NCBI RefSeq assembly: GCF_001194135.2 | Contig: NC_069000.1 | Location: 28,879,403-28,943,402 of the forward strand | Reading direction: 5' to 3' | DNA from: Octopus bimaculoides | Lineage: Eukaryota | Length of the DNA: 64,000 bases | Shown: in pieces, positions 1 to 10,581 of the stretch | Numbering within the stretch: position 1 is the stretch's first letter | Layout of the letters: each line of letters opens with the position of its first letter | The notes under the pieces: model-generated | Seen by the model: the letters and a program-made list of their open reading frames with translations, nothing else | What the model was told of the DNA's origin: nothing | Databases searched by the model: none | Made by a program: the position numbers and the translations under genes

Positions 1-55
1 ATTGATTCTTCATATTTTACTGGTAGTTTAGAGGCGTAAATATGAAAATAATACT

Positions 56-396
56 TGTATATGGTGTGTTGTGAATTTATGGAAAGAAATCCCATAAAAC
101 TCAACAATTTTGATAAAAATAGAGAAGAGAAGAAATTAAAATATATAAGAGAATTTTAATTCATGCAGACGGTCATTTCGTACAACAATATAAATATCAT
201 GCAAATCCATGGTTGAACTGAATTAATTGATCCAATTCAACCATGAATTTGCATGATTTTTATATCTCTTTATGAAATGATCGTCTGCTTGAATTAAAAT
301 TCTCTTATATATTTTAACATCTTCTCTTCTCCATTTTAACAAAATTGTTGAGTTTTATGGGATTTCTTTTCCTAAATTCACAACACATCATATACA
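56..396. mobile_element. Foldback/MITE-like ~340-bp imperfect palindrome
   Basis: 56-~217 (tgtatatggtgtgttgtgaatttatggaaagaaatcccataaaactcaacaattttg...) is the reverse complement of ~236-396 (...caaaattgttgagttttatgggatttcttttcctaaattcacaacacatcatataca); centre ~226; no ORF. Confidence 0.75.
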
Positions 397-420
397 TATA
401 CATATATATAAATAAATATA

Positions 421-1704
421 CAGGGGTTGGACAAAATAATGGAAATGCCTGGCATCATAGCATCATAATTTTGAAATGTCTATAAAACCATCAAAAGCTT
501 GTTTATTTTTATGTTTTTTTATTTATTATTAGTGTTGCTTAATATGTTTTGCTAAAATTGCTCTTTCTTTTCAGGTATCATCAGAAAAAGGTAATTAAAA
601 TTCATTAAAATCACAGATCTATCAGACTTTCAAAGAGGTCAAATTGTACCTGCTTCAAAAATAATATGCAATGTATGGTAGACACTAGCATAATGAAAAC
701 AGCCAAAATGTTTGTTGTATCAAGAAGTACTGTCTCAAAAGTAATAACAGCCTTTGAGAAAGAGGGAAAAACCTCCTCATCAAAACAAAACTGTGGAAGA
801 AAACCAAAACTTTCAGATAGGGACTGTCGGACTCTTACACAAATTGTTAGAAAGGATCACAAAAGTACAGCTCTCAAAATTGCAGCAGAGCTTAATGACC
901 ACCTCGAGAACCCAGTTTGCACAAAAACTGTTGGCCTGGAGCTGCACAAAGCCAGATTTCATAGAAAGGCTGCAATCAGAAAACCACTACTTTCAAAAAC
1001 AAACGTTGCAAAGCGTTTAGAGTGGAGTAAAAACCTACAGAATTGGTCCCTAGAGCAGTGGAAGAATGTTATTTTCTTGGATGAGTCATCCTTTACCTTA
1101 TTTCCAACCACCGGCCAAGTATACGTGTGGAGACAGCGAAAAGAACCATTTAACCCAGACTGCCTTCTTCCAACTGTTAAACATGGAGGAAGATCTGTGA
1201 TGATCTGGGGGCTATATATTGGAAATCCGCTGGTTCAATGGTTTCCCTTCAAGGCAGAATTAATAGTCAAGACATTTAAGCATTTTATCTGATCAAATTA
1301 GTCTTATGTTTGTGGAAGTGTTTCCAGAGGGAAACACAATCTTTCAGGATGATAATGCACCAGTTCACACAGCTAAAATTGTTACTGAATGGCATGAGGA
1401 ACATTCTAATAAAGTTGAACATCTTATCTGGCCACTACAGCTCCCAAATCTCAATATTATTGAATATTTATTGTGCATTTTAGAAAAATAAGTAAGGAGT
1501 TGATATCTTTCACCATCATTACTACAAGAACTGGAGATTATTTTAGCTGAAGAAAGGACAAAAATTCCTTTGGAAACAATTCAAAATTTGTATAAGTCCA
1601 TACCTCATAAAATTCAAACTGTAATTATTTCTAAAGGCAGTCCTATCCCATATTAAAATAAATTTGAAATTTTAAGGTGTTTCCATTATTTTGTCCAACC
1701 ACTG
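421..1704 (+). mobile_element. Tc1-family DNA transposon, full length, defective
   Basis: 25-bp TIRs caggggttggacaaaataatggaaa / tttccattattttgtccaaccactg; TA on the left flank (TG on the right); 1.28 kb; internal transposase relic. Confidence 0.92.
666..1491 (+). pseudogene. Tc1 DD34E transposase, frameshifted
   Basis: HTH (VSRSTVSKVI, GRKPKLS), VIFLDESSF, TVKHGG..VMIWG in ORF 666-1292; QDDNAPVH and W.LQLPNLNIIE in ORF 1306-1491; frameshift between and premature stop after. Confidence 0.88.
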
Positions 1705-1813
1705 TGTATACGTACATATATACATATATACATGCATATATATATACATACATATACATATATATATATGTACACATACAATTATATATATATATATATA
1801 TATNNNNNNNNNN

Positions 1814-2076
1814 AAATGGTGTATTTTATGTGCAGGTGGCACGTAAAATACACCATTTTGAGTGTGGCCGTTGCCAGTACCACCTGACTAGCCTTCGTGC
1901 CGTTGGCACATAAAAGTACCCACTACACTCAGAGTAGTTGGCGTTAGGAAGGGCATCCAGCTGTAGAAACTCTGCCAAATCAGATTGGAGCCTGGTGTAA
2001 CCACCTGGTTCACCAGTCCTCAGTCAAATCGTCCAACCCATGCTAGCATGGAAAGTGGACGTTAAATGATGATGAT
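1814..2076 (+). mobile_element. RTE LINE 3' UTR with (GAT)n tail
   Basis: gtggcacgtaaaa..cacc modules, ggcgttaggaagggcatccagctgtagaaac core, ccatgctagcatgg, then ggacgttaaatgatgatgat; the same 3' end follows the RTE ORF at 37255-38478. Confidence 0.85.
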
Positions 2077-2104
2077 GATGATGATATACATACACATACA
2101 TACA

Positions 2105-2728
2105 TATATGTGATTCGTATCGATGAGGACAGCTGTGTAAAGAAGTACCGATCTCTAACTTTAGGGAGAACCTGTGGTAGAGGTAGACCCAGGAAGACAT
2201 GGGACGAGGTGCTGAAGCATGATCTTTGAACTTTGGCAGTATGCTGTGCTTGAGAAGACACATCAAGCCAAGTGAAATCATAGTATGGCTGATGCTGGTG
2301 TCATGTAACTGGTACCTGTGCTGGTGGCACATAGAAAGCACCTTTCGAGCATTGGGCCTCACAGAGGCAAAGTGGCTGATGCCAGTGGCATGTGGAAAGC
2401 TCCTCTTGAGTATTGGGCCTCACAGAGGCAATGAAGAATGACCAAGACCTTTGGCATTATGCCATGCTTGAGAAGAAGACCCATCAAGTCAAGTAAAATC
2501 ACAGTTGTGGAAGATACTGGTATTACACAAATGGCACCCATACCGGTGGCATGTAAAAGCACCCACTACACTCTCAGAGTGGTTGGTGTTAGGAAGGGCA
2601 TCCAGCTGTAGAAACCGTGCCAAATAAGACTGGAGTCTGGTGCAGCCTTCCAGCTTGTCATCCCTGGTCAAACTATCCACCCCATACCAGCATAGACAAT
2701 GGACATTAAATGATGATGATGATGATGA
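2105..2728 (+). mobile_element. 5'-truncated RTE LINE (ORF C-terminus + 3' UTR)
   Basis: gatgaggacagctgtgtaaagaag...ggtagaggtagacccaggaagacatgg matches the ORF end at 37860-37950; ends in ggacattaaatgatgatgatgatgat. Confidence 0.85.
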
Positions 2729-2744
2729 TATGTGTGTATATATA

Positions 2745-2990
2745 CATAGGGCTGATTCCACATAAAAAGCACCCAGCTGTAAAAACCATGCCAAAACTGA
2801 CCTGACCTGTGCTTGTGCCATGTAAAACCCACTCAGTCCACTCTGCTAGATGGTTGGTTTTAAGAAGGGCATTCAGCTGTAAAAACCCTGCCAAGGGAGA
2901 CAGGAGTTTGGTGCAGCCTCCTGCCTGGCCAGCTCCTATCAAACCATTCAACACAGAGAGCGGACGTTAAACGATGATGAGGATGATGAT
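2745..2990 (+). mobile_element. RTE-related 3' end, variant subfamily
   Basis: ggttggttttaagaagggcattcagctgtaaaaacc and ggacgttaaacgatgatgaggatgatgat; homologous to 13625-13935 on the minus strand. Confidence 0.7.
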
Positions 2991-3010
2991 TCTATATATA
3001 TTTTTTTTTT

Positions 3011-3130
3011 CTGGGAAAGGCTGGTTTATGGGATTACCCTGAGTTTCACATCCATTAAGGTTTTAACTTTATGGCGTATCGTCAGACCTCAAAAACCTGT
3101 TGGGCAATCCCATAAACTGGCCTTTCTCAG
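3011..3130. mobile_element. 120-bp MITE-like element with 29-bp TIRs
   Basis: ctgggaaaggctggtttatgggattaccc (3011-3039) vs gggcaatcccataaactggcctttctcag (3102-3130); 25/29 inverted match. Confidence 0.6.
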
Positions 3131-3177
3131 AAAAAATAGATACTGCACTTCTTCTCTGGATCTATGTTTTCTACAAA

Positions 3178-3179
<2 letters not shown>

Positions 3180-3235
<56 letters not shown>
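3180..3235. repeat. (TA)n microsatellite, representative of many TA/TG/CA tracts
   Basis: Read directly; similar tracts near 1720-1800, 10360, 12510, 27600, 41720, 43112, 51915, 55700. Confidence 0.95.
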
Positions 3236-3244
<9 letters not shown>

Positions 3245-3799
3245 ATGTATGTATGTATATGTATGCCCACATATGCATATGCACAGGCATATATATGTAT
3301 AGACAGACACATAGATACACATACAAATACATACACACACATATGATATGATATAGTGTGATATGAGATGATATGAGTGTATAACTTTCAGTTCATCTGA
3401 AAGTTCTGAAAAAGTTCTTTGTCAATTTATTATTAAACTGGGGAATGTGTCGTCATGCTTGGAAAGCACTTGACAACATTGCTTCTGTTCATATTTTGTG
3501 TAAATAATTACCATTCACATTTAGTAATAATAATAATTAAGAACAGCATTAATGATAAAGATGATAATGATGGTGGTAGTGGTGTCAGTGGCTGCAGCAG
3601 GCAGCAGTGATGGTGGCAACAGTGGTAGTGGTGGTGGAGGTGGTGGCAGCGGGGTGGTGGTGATGATGATGATGAAGAGAAAAAGAGAAAAATTTTAACA
3701 ACATTTCAAGTCCTGAGATTTTCTTTTACCTACCATTACTGCACAATGTATGATTTTAAAAAGAAGTCATTAGTTTCGTGCTGATATGTAATGGCTGAA

Positions 3800-4200
3800 T
3801 CTGCCAATCATATCACCATTTATCTCAGACTTATGTCATCTCATCTGTGAAGTCATGACTAGAGCTCCCACTTCTACATTTTTCCTAAATTTCATGTCTT
3901 TCTTTCTGATGGCTATCATCTGTGACAACACTTGGCATATCTTCTCATTCAGCATTCATCATCCTTTTGCATGTCACACAACCCAATCATTTTCCCATAT
4001 ATCAGTAGACAATATTAATTTCCAATCATTTTCACAACTCTTTGTGTTCCCTCTCTTTTATGCAAATTGCCATTCCACATTCAATACATCAAACTCACCT
4101 TGTTTCTTATCAGACATTACAGATCTTCCAAAATGTCTGGCCACTATGATTTCTCTACAAACCCATTCAACACTAATTTGATCCCCTAGGTAATGGAAAC
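3800..4200 (-). mobile_element. Highly decayed LINE (RTE-like) post-RT fragment
   Basis: Minus-strand translation, with stops, weakly resembles the RTE C-terminal region (YGxETW...RLRWxGHV pattern). Confidence 0.35.
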
Positions 4201-4295
4201 TATCAACTATTCTTGTGAACCATCTGAACAGTTGGTGGACTTCATGTTGTAGATTCTTCTGAGTGCTGCAAGCTATTCCTGTACATTTGAAATCC

Positions 4296-4601
4296 GTGGC
4301 TAAGTGGTTAGAGTGTTGAGCTTACAATCATGAGGTTGTGAGTTTGATTCCCTGACCAGGTTGTGTGTTGTGTTCTTGAGCATGACGATTTCTTTCGCAT
4401 TGCTCCAGTTCACTCCATTGTAATGAGTTGCAACATCATTGGTGCCTTTGCCTTTCCCTTGGACAACATCAGTGGTGTGGAGAGGGGGAGACTGTTATGC
4501 ATGAGTGACTGCTGGTATTCCACAAACAACCTTGCCTGGATTTGTGCCTTAGAGGGGAACTTTCTAGCTGCAATCCCATGGACATTCATGGGGGGAAGGC
4601 T

Positions 4602-4610
<9 letters not shown>
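4296..4610 (+). mobile_element. tRNA-derived SINE, family D
   Basis: A-box gtggctaagtggttagag, B-box gagtttgattccc, then gtgttcttgagcatgac..ttgctccagttcact; homologous to 36681-36960. Confidence 0.7.
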
Positions 4611-4633
<23 letters not shown>

Positions 4634-5321
4634 TAAGACCCCACCCATGAATGACCATAAATATACATANNNNNNNNNNNNNNNNNNNNNNNNNNNNNNN
4701 NNNNNNNNNNNNNNNNNNNNNNNNNNNNNNNNNNNNNNNNNNNNNNNNNNNNNNNNNATATATATATATCTAACTATAGCAGAAAGTGCAAGCTATGTCA
4801 TGTCAAGAAAAAAAATTATGTTAATAAAATTCTCCTGACCTACACATCTACCAAAATAGCAGAAACGAGATTTTCATCTTGTGTCCACATGAAAGAAGAA
4901 ACATGTTGGCTTATCTATGGACCCCACCATCAGTTCTTGCATCATTACAACCTGAGAACTCAGTAAAATTTTCACCAAACCATACACACATAGGTACACA
5001 TAAGCATATGCACTCAAACATAGGGATTAAATGTTCAATCATCTGCCCAATTCCCCCTCCAACTTCCCTATATATAAATCAACCCTACATACATACCAAA
5101 CCCCTTCAAACTGCTCACACACATTTATCCACCAGATACTTGCTACATTACAAATCAATTTCTTTTATGGGGGCTGAAGGACACAACTCTTGATAAATCC
5201 CTCACTTAACTGTCGTCTCCCACGACTTTGTTTCTTCTTTTGTGCAACACCATCAAACAAGATGTGATACTTCCTCGCCTCCAATAACAGAGTACTTACC
5301 ACATTTTTATCCATTGCTGCC

Positions 5322-5392
5322 ATCCCTGAAGAGCATATGTATTAGATAACTGTTCAGTTATCTAACATCTAGTGCAAAACTAATTGGTAAAA
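5322..5392 (+). ncRNA. Degenerate type I hammerhead ribozyme motif
   Basis: atcc-CTGAAGA-GCAT[ttagataactg tt cagttatctaa hairpin]GTGC-AAAA (G12A)-CTAATTGG-TA-aaat; core and 3' strand of stem I are mutated. Confidence 0.5.
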
Positions 5393-5428
5393 TTGACTGT
5401 AATGGATCAATATGCATGTACATATATA

Positions 5429-5459
<31 letters not shown>

Positions 5460-5639
5460 CCAACCAGCCACTTTTGCCATCTACTATTCCTGAGGTGGTG
5501 GGGTCATGGGGTTAGAGTTCTGAGACATTTTGCCCATAGGGTCCTATCAGAAGTACCTGCCATAAAATTTTTCTGCTGGATTCCCAAGCTTGACCAACTG
5601 AAACTATAGATATTATCTAATCATATCACTTGTGGTCTA

Positions 5640-6345
5640 CACCGAGCTCTCCTGCCAGTTGGCTTAACTTGAGAATCTGTCTTGTGATACTTTTCTGTTG
5701 CGTTCAAGAATCATGTTCGTAGTACTGGAGTTGCAGCATTTCAGTGTTTCAGCTGCTTGACCTAAAGAAACTCCTTGATCTCTGAGTTATGCACCCTGTT
5801 GAGTAATGTTAGCCCAGAGATCTTTTAGTGGAACCCCATTTCAGTTGCTTATATTTTCAATTGTACTCTTTCAGTCATTACCCAATATTCATGACCATAG
5901 ATGAGGATAGGCATGAAAACTGAAATGAAGAAAGTTTGGCTTTTTTACAGCCTCTCTTTTTCTGAGGATTAAATGCTCAAACTGGCACATTACTGTACCA
6001 GCACCTACAATTCTATCATCCAATTTGGTTTCCTGCTTTCCATCACTTGTGGATATGGTCCCTAGATACTTCAACTTCTCCATTTGTCTCAGTGATATTC
6101 CAGTAACATGCAGAGTGTACTGGAAAGACTTTCTTAAGAGCACCAGTGCCTCAGTCTTCACAACACTAATTCTTATCCCCGCCTTGCATCCCAGCTGCAA
6201 ATCCATTTAGTGCACACTGGAGGTCACTTTCAGATAAGCCAAGGAGCACCATATCATCTGCAAATGTCAGCTGACTGATCCTACACCCATTGATTGTGAT
6301 GACACTTCCACAATGGCTGTGCATGTTGATCCAGTTCGTAAGAAT
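5640..6345 (-). mobile_element. RTE-clade LINE reverse transcriptase fragment
   Basis: ISQLTFADDMVLL (RT YADD motif), RISVVKTEAL, MEKLKYLGT, RIVGAG; frameshifted. Confidence 0.85.
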
Positions 6346-6349
6346 TAAG

Positions 6350-6790
6350 AAAAAGAGAAGTGATAATATGCTTAAGTACAACAACCATGTTACAGCACAG
6401 ATGCATCTTGCCATGCTGTATGGGACGTTCCTTTTGATGTATGATGAATGGCAAGAGTAGAAATTTAGATATTGGTGAGTGTCAGTCTTTTTGTAAAATC
6501 TGCCTGTTGTGACTGTGGAGTTCTGTATTTTCATGTGGATATCCAGGATATTCATTATGTGGATATTCATTGCAACTGGATTCTGTTGTGAATTTGATGG
6601 ATGGGAGAAGTGTTTTCAGTAGATTATTAAATATACTTAGGTCCTCATTTGATCTGCTCCAAAAGATGAAGCAATCATCAAGGAAGCGTTTCCACTTTTT
6701 ATTGATATATTTCTTGTACTCCTGATCAAAAGTTTTCTTTACTTCCTCGTAAAGTTTTTCTTCTAAGTATATTGCGACTGAGCCCAAAAT
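6350..6790 (-). mobile_element. Penelope-like element RT fragment
   Basis: KWKRFLDDCFIFW (RYxDD), IKFTTE, LDIHMK, YKKTDTHQYLNFYSCHSSYIKRNVPYSMARCI, typical of PLE RT motifs 5-7 and thumb. Confidence 0.85.
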
Positions 6791-6794
6791 ATGT

Positions 6795-7810
6795 GAAATT
6801 TGATGATTTGACAGGGGACTAGCAAGCTAGGAAGCCACACCAGGCTCCAATCTGATCTGGCAATGTTTCTACAGCTGGATGCCCTTCCTAATGCCAACCA
6901 CTCTGAGAGAGTAGTGGGTGCTTTTTACATGCCACTGGCATGAGAGCCAGCCAGATGGCACTGGCCTCAGCCACGTTTGGATAGTGCTTTTTACATGCCA
7001 CCGGCATGGGGCGCCAGTCAGGCAGCACTGGCAATGACCCACGCATGCATGGCGCTTATTGTGTGCCACCAGCATGGGAGCCAGTCAGGTGGCACTGGGG
7101 TACATTCTTCACCTGGGAAGGTTTTGGCATTTATAAGCAGCCATCTTTCCTTTTTTCTGACGAGGATGTAGTCAATTTGGCTAGTGTGTCTGCCAGAACA
7201 GTATGTGACTAGATGACTGGCAGGTTTCCTGAAGTTAGTATTGCAAACCATAAGTTCATTTGCATCGCAGAACTCCAGCAGCCTGGTTCCCTCCTCATTG
7301 TGGGAACCAAAACCATAGCCTCCATGTACACCATGGGAGACCCCTGCATGTTGTCCAACATGCCCATTGAAGTCACCAGCCACAAAGAGAAGGTCCCTGT
7401 CATTTGTTGACGAGGTAGTTTGCAAGAGGGTGTCATAAAATTGGTCTTTCTGTCCATCGGGTAGCCCCGGCTGAGATAATGGTTGCTAACCCATGATGAA
7501 GGACTAATCTAATCTTAAGTATTCTATCGTATACTCTGACTACCTCGAGTACCTTATCCACCCATTTCTTCACAAGAAGTATACCCACGCCCCCAACCCC
7601 GTCTTTGTTCCCTGCCCAGAAAATCTTGTACCTGTGTTCTTTGCCTGTGAGGAACCTAGTGGAACCTCCTCTCCACCTTACTTCTTGGATGCAGCAGATA
7701 TCGACACATCTCTGTTCAAAGCATCTCAACAATCTCACCAGACCTACCTTTCAGTGTGCCGACATTGAGAGTGCCAACCCTGAGGGTGTGGGAGGTATGG
7801 GCCCGTGAGA
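6795..7810 (-). mobile_element. RTE LINE: APE endonuclease joined directly to the 3' UTR (RT deleted)
   Basis: CCIQEVRW, GVGGVGILL, VAGDFNGHVG, NEEGTRLLEFC, SQIDYILVR, then an abrupt switch at ~7095 to 3' UTR modules. Confidence 0.9.
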
Positions 7811-8024
7811 CCCATGAGACAGCAGCATCATGTACTGGAAAAGAAAGCTCACATTTGTCAGAATTCATAAACAAACAGTAGCCTTCAATTCAGCCTGCAT
7901 ACAATACACTATCATATTTTTGCACTATATGATTACTCCCTTACATAGGAGGAGATAAACCCTATTTAGGGGTGGGGGTGGCGTGAAGCCGTTAGAAGTG
8001 TTCATGGAAGACAACCAAAGGACG

Positions 8025-8136
8025 GGAGAGGATAGGAACTTCCGGTACAGGTGGAGAAGATAGGAACTTCTGGTACAGGTGGAGAAGATAGGAACTTCCG
8101 GTACAGGTGGAGAGGATAAGAACTTCCGGTACAAGT
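8025..8136. repeat. Minisatellite, 4 x 28 bp (ggagaRgataggaacttccggtacaggt)
   Basis: Four contiguous near-identical units, no spacers. Confidence 0.95.
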
Positions 8137-8175
8137 GGATGGGGTGGAAGGGTGGGTGTACCATGAGCAGAGTAA

Positions 8176-8772
8176 GGCAGAGGTATTAAGATTGAGTAGG
8201 GGAATCGGGGTGCGTACGTTAGTTTATAGTCCTGGCAAAGCAAGTGGTAATCGAAAGAGAGAGAGATTGAGAGAGACAGAGTAAGGCAGAGAGAGGGTTA
8301 GGGTTAAGGTTAAAAGTCAGAACATGAGGGAGAAAAATATTCTTTTGGGATTTGTGTAGCATAGTTTAACGAGACAGCAAATGTTGATAATAGTAAAATA
8401 GAATTGAAAAAATCTGAGAGTTTTCGGTCAGCTAATCTAAGACAGAATTATAGAAATAAGTGACTGTGTGATAAACCTGAATAAATGAATGAATTTGATG
8501 ACATGTAATGAAATAGACAGAATAGCGAAAGCACTAAGTAAGGTGTTATGATCTGCGCATAAATAGAAGGGTATGAACGACGTTGAAAAGACAGAAAATT
8601 TCTTATCTGGGCATCCCTCTGAGATTCGTATTTCTTCGGCAGAGGTTTTAAGATTGAGTAGGGGAATCGGGGTGCGTGCGTTAGTTTATAGTCCTGATGA
8701 AGCGAGAGGTGATCGGGAGAGAGAGAGAGAGAGAGAGAGAGTAAGGCAGAGAGAGGGTTAGGGTTAGGGTTA
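8176..8772. repeat. Two ~135-bp direct repeats, each ending in TTAGGG-like repeats, 325 bp apart
   Basis: 8176-8312 and 8638-8772 share ggcagagg..aagattgagtaggggaatcggggtgcgtRcgttagtttatagtcctg..(GA)n..gtaaggcagagagagggttagggtta. Confidence 0.85.
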
Positions 8773-8869
8773 TACATTTATATGTAAATATATATACATA
8801 TACATATATATATATATNNNNNNNNNNNNNNNNNNNNNNNNNNNNNNNNNNNATACATACACATATATA

Positions 8870-9810
8870 TAGATATGCCGGAAGTAAATAGACACCTTTA
8901 ATTTTCAAATTTCTGATCTAAGCATGTTTTTCAGTAGTATAGAATTTACAATGTAATTATTCCTTTTCATTCCAGGTGCCATTATATTAAGCATTTGTGA
9001 AGAGTAACCATACTGTGCACAAAAAATTCAGCAGAACTGTCTGATTTTCAAAGAGGTCATATTGTTGGGCAATCTGAGGCTGGTCTTAGCCAGTGAAAAA
9101 TTGCTGAAAATTTTCAAATTCCTCTTGCTACTGTTAATAGAATTAGTGCAATTCAAAAGTCAAGGAAAAGAATCAACAGATTCTCATCCCAGCTGACCTG
9201 GGCCCTTGAAAAGTGAAGAGAATCGTGGAAGGCTTCTGACATTGCAAAACAGCTAGAAGTTAGTCCAAAAACGTGTTTTACATATTTGCATAAGCTTGAA
9301 TATTATGAACGAGCAGCTAGAAGAAAAGCTCTCCTTCAACCAATTAATATCAAGAAAAGAAAGAAATGGGCTAAGCAGATGTCAGAAAAATCCAGTTCAT
9401 TTTGGGATAGAGTGATTTTCTCAGATGAATCCAGATTTGCATTATTTTCAGACAGTGGACGTGTTTGGGTCTGGAGGCTTCCCAATCAAGAATTTGATTT
9501 GAAACAACTACATGATGGTATCTCTGTAATGGTATGGGAAGCTGTCACCAGCAATGGTCATTCTGAGCTGATCGAATGTGTTGGAACAATAAAATCTGAA
9601 AAATACATTGAAATACTTAAGCAAAGACTACTTCCAATGTATTCACACGATAACATAACGGAAAATGAGTTTTTATTCATGGAAGATGGGGTTCCATTCC
9701 ACACAGTGAAAAGGAATCAACAATGGCTGACTGAAAATGGGATCAAAAAGCTTTCTTGGCTGAGCCAATCTCCTGACATGAACCCAATTGAAAATCTTTG
9801 GAATTAAGTT
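8870..9810 (+). mobile_element. Tc1-family transposon, 3'-truncated
   Basis: AELSDFQRGHIVG N-terminus at ~9035; ORF 9286-9807 has VIFSDESRF, MEDGVPFH, WLSQSPDMNPIENLW. Confidence 0.88.
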
Positions 9811-10232
9811 AATTACCTTAGTGATAAAGTTTAAATACAATATTCAGAGTAAAATTACCAGGATTGATGGATTAAATCGATAGTGCAAAAACCGTAAACA
9901 AATATAACAGTTTCATCGTAAATGATCCACATATAAAATTATGATTGAAAAATTAAGTAATTATTATGATATAAAGTAGTAAGCCATAAGACTAAATAGT
10001 ATCAAATAATACAATAGATATTTATGAACAAAAGTTCTATAAAAATCAAGTTATATTATGAATGAGATATTATGTATTCAAAATTAGCGATGTAAAGCTA
10101 AGATTGATGGTCAAGGGGAGTTTCATTTCGTATCATGTCTTTTCAACTTGTTTATTTACATATAATTATAGGACAACTATGAATGTTGTCTATGAATGTT
10201 GTCTATTTTTATTGTCTGCTATGAATTAATCC

Positions 10233-10312
10233 GACCCTGAAGAGATACAATATTCCATATTTTATAATATGCATGAATCAATCTAGATATTGCATCGAAA
10301 TGATCATAGGTC
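10233..10312 (+). ncRNA. Type I hammerhead ribozyme (Penelope-type, palindromic stem III)
   Basis: GACC-CTGAAGA-GATACAATAT...ATATTGCATC-GAA-ATGATCAT-A-GGTC; canonical core, 10-bp stem II with one mismatch, predicted cleavage after 10308. Confidence 0.8.
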
Positions 10313-10356
10313 ATAATAAAGTTTTTACAATGGATCATATTTTAGCTCTTATTTAA

Positions 10357-10403
<47 letters not shown>

Positions 10404-10581
10404 NNNNNNNNNNNNNNNNNNNNNNNNNNNNNNCATATATATATATATATACACATATATATACACACATATATATATATATATACATACACACACACAC
10501 ATATATATATGAATATATATATGAATAGATGTGTTACTATGAGTTTTGTAGCTCTCTTAAAGCATTGTAGTACTGAAATAG

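Noticed and set aside
8025-8136. 28-bp repeats as a CRISPR array
   Set aside because: No spacers, no cas genes, eukaryotic context.
8690-8725. CTGATGA in the TTAGGG-ended repeat (GAAA in the other copy) as a hammerhead
   Set aside because: No pairing stem II, stem III or 3' stem I; neither copy has both core halves.
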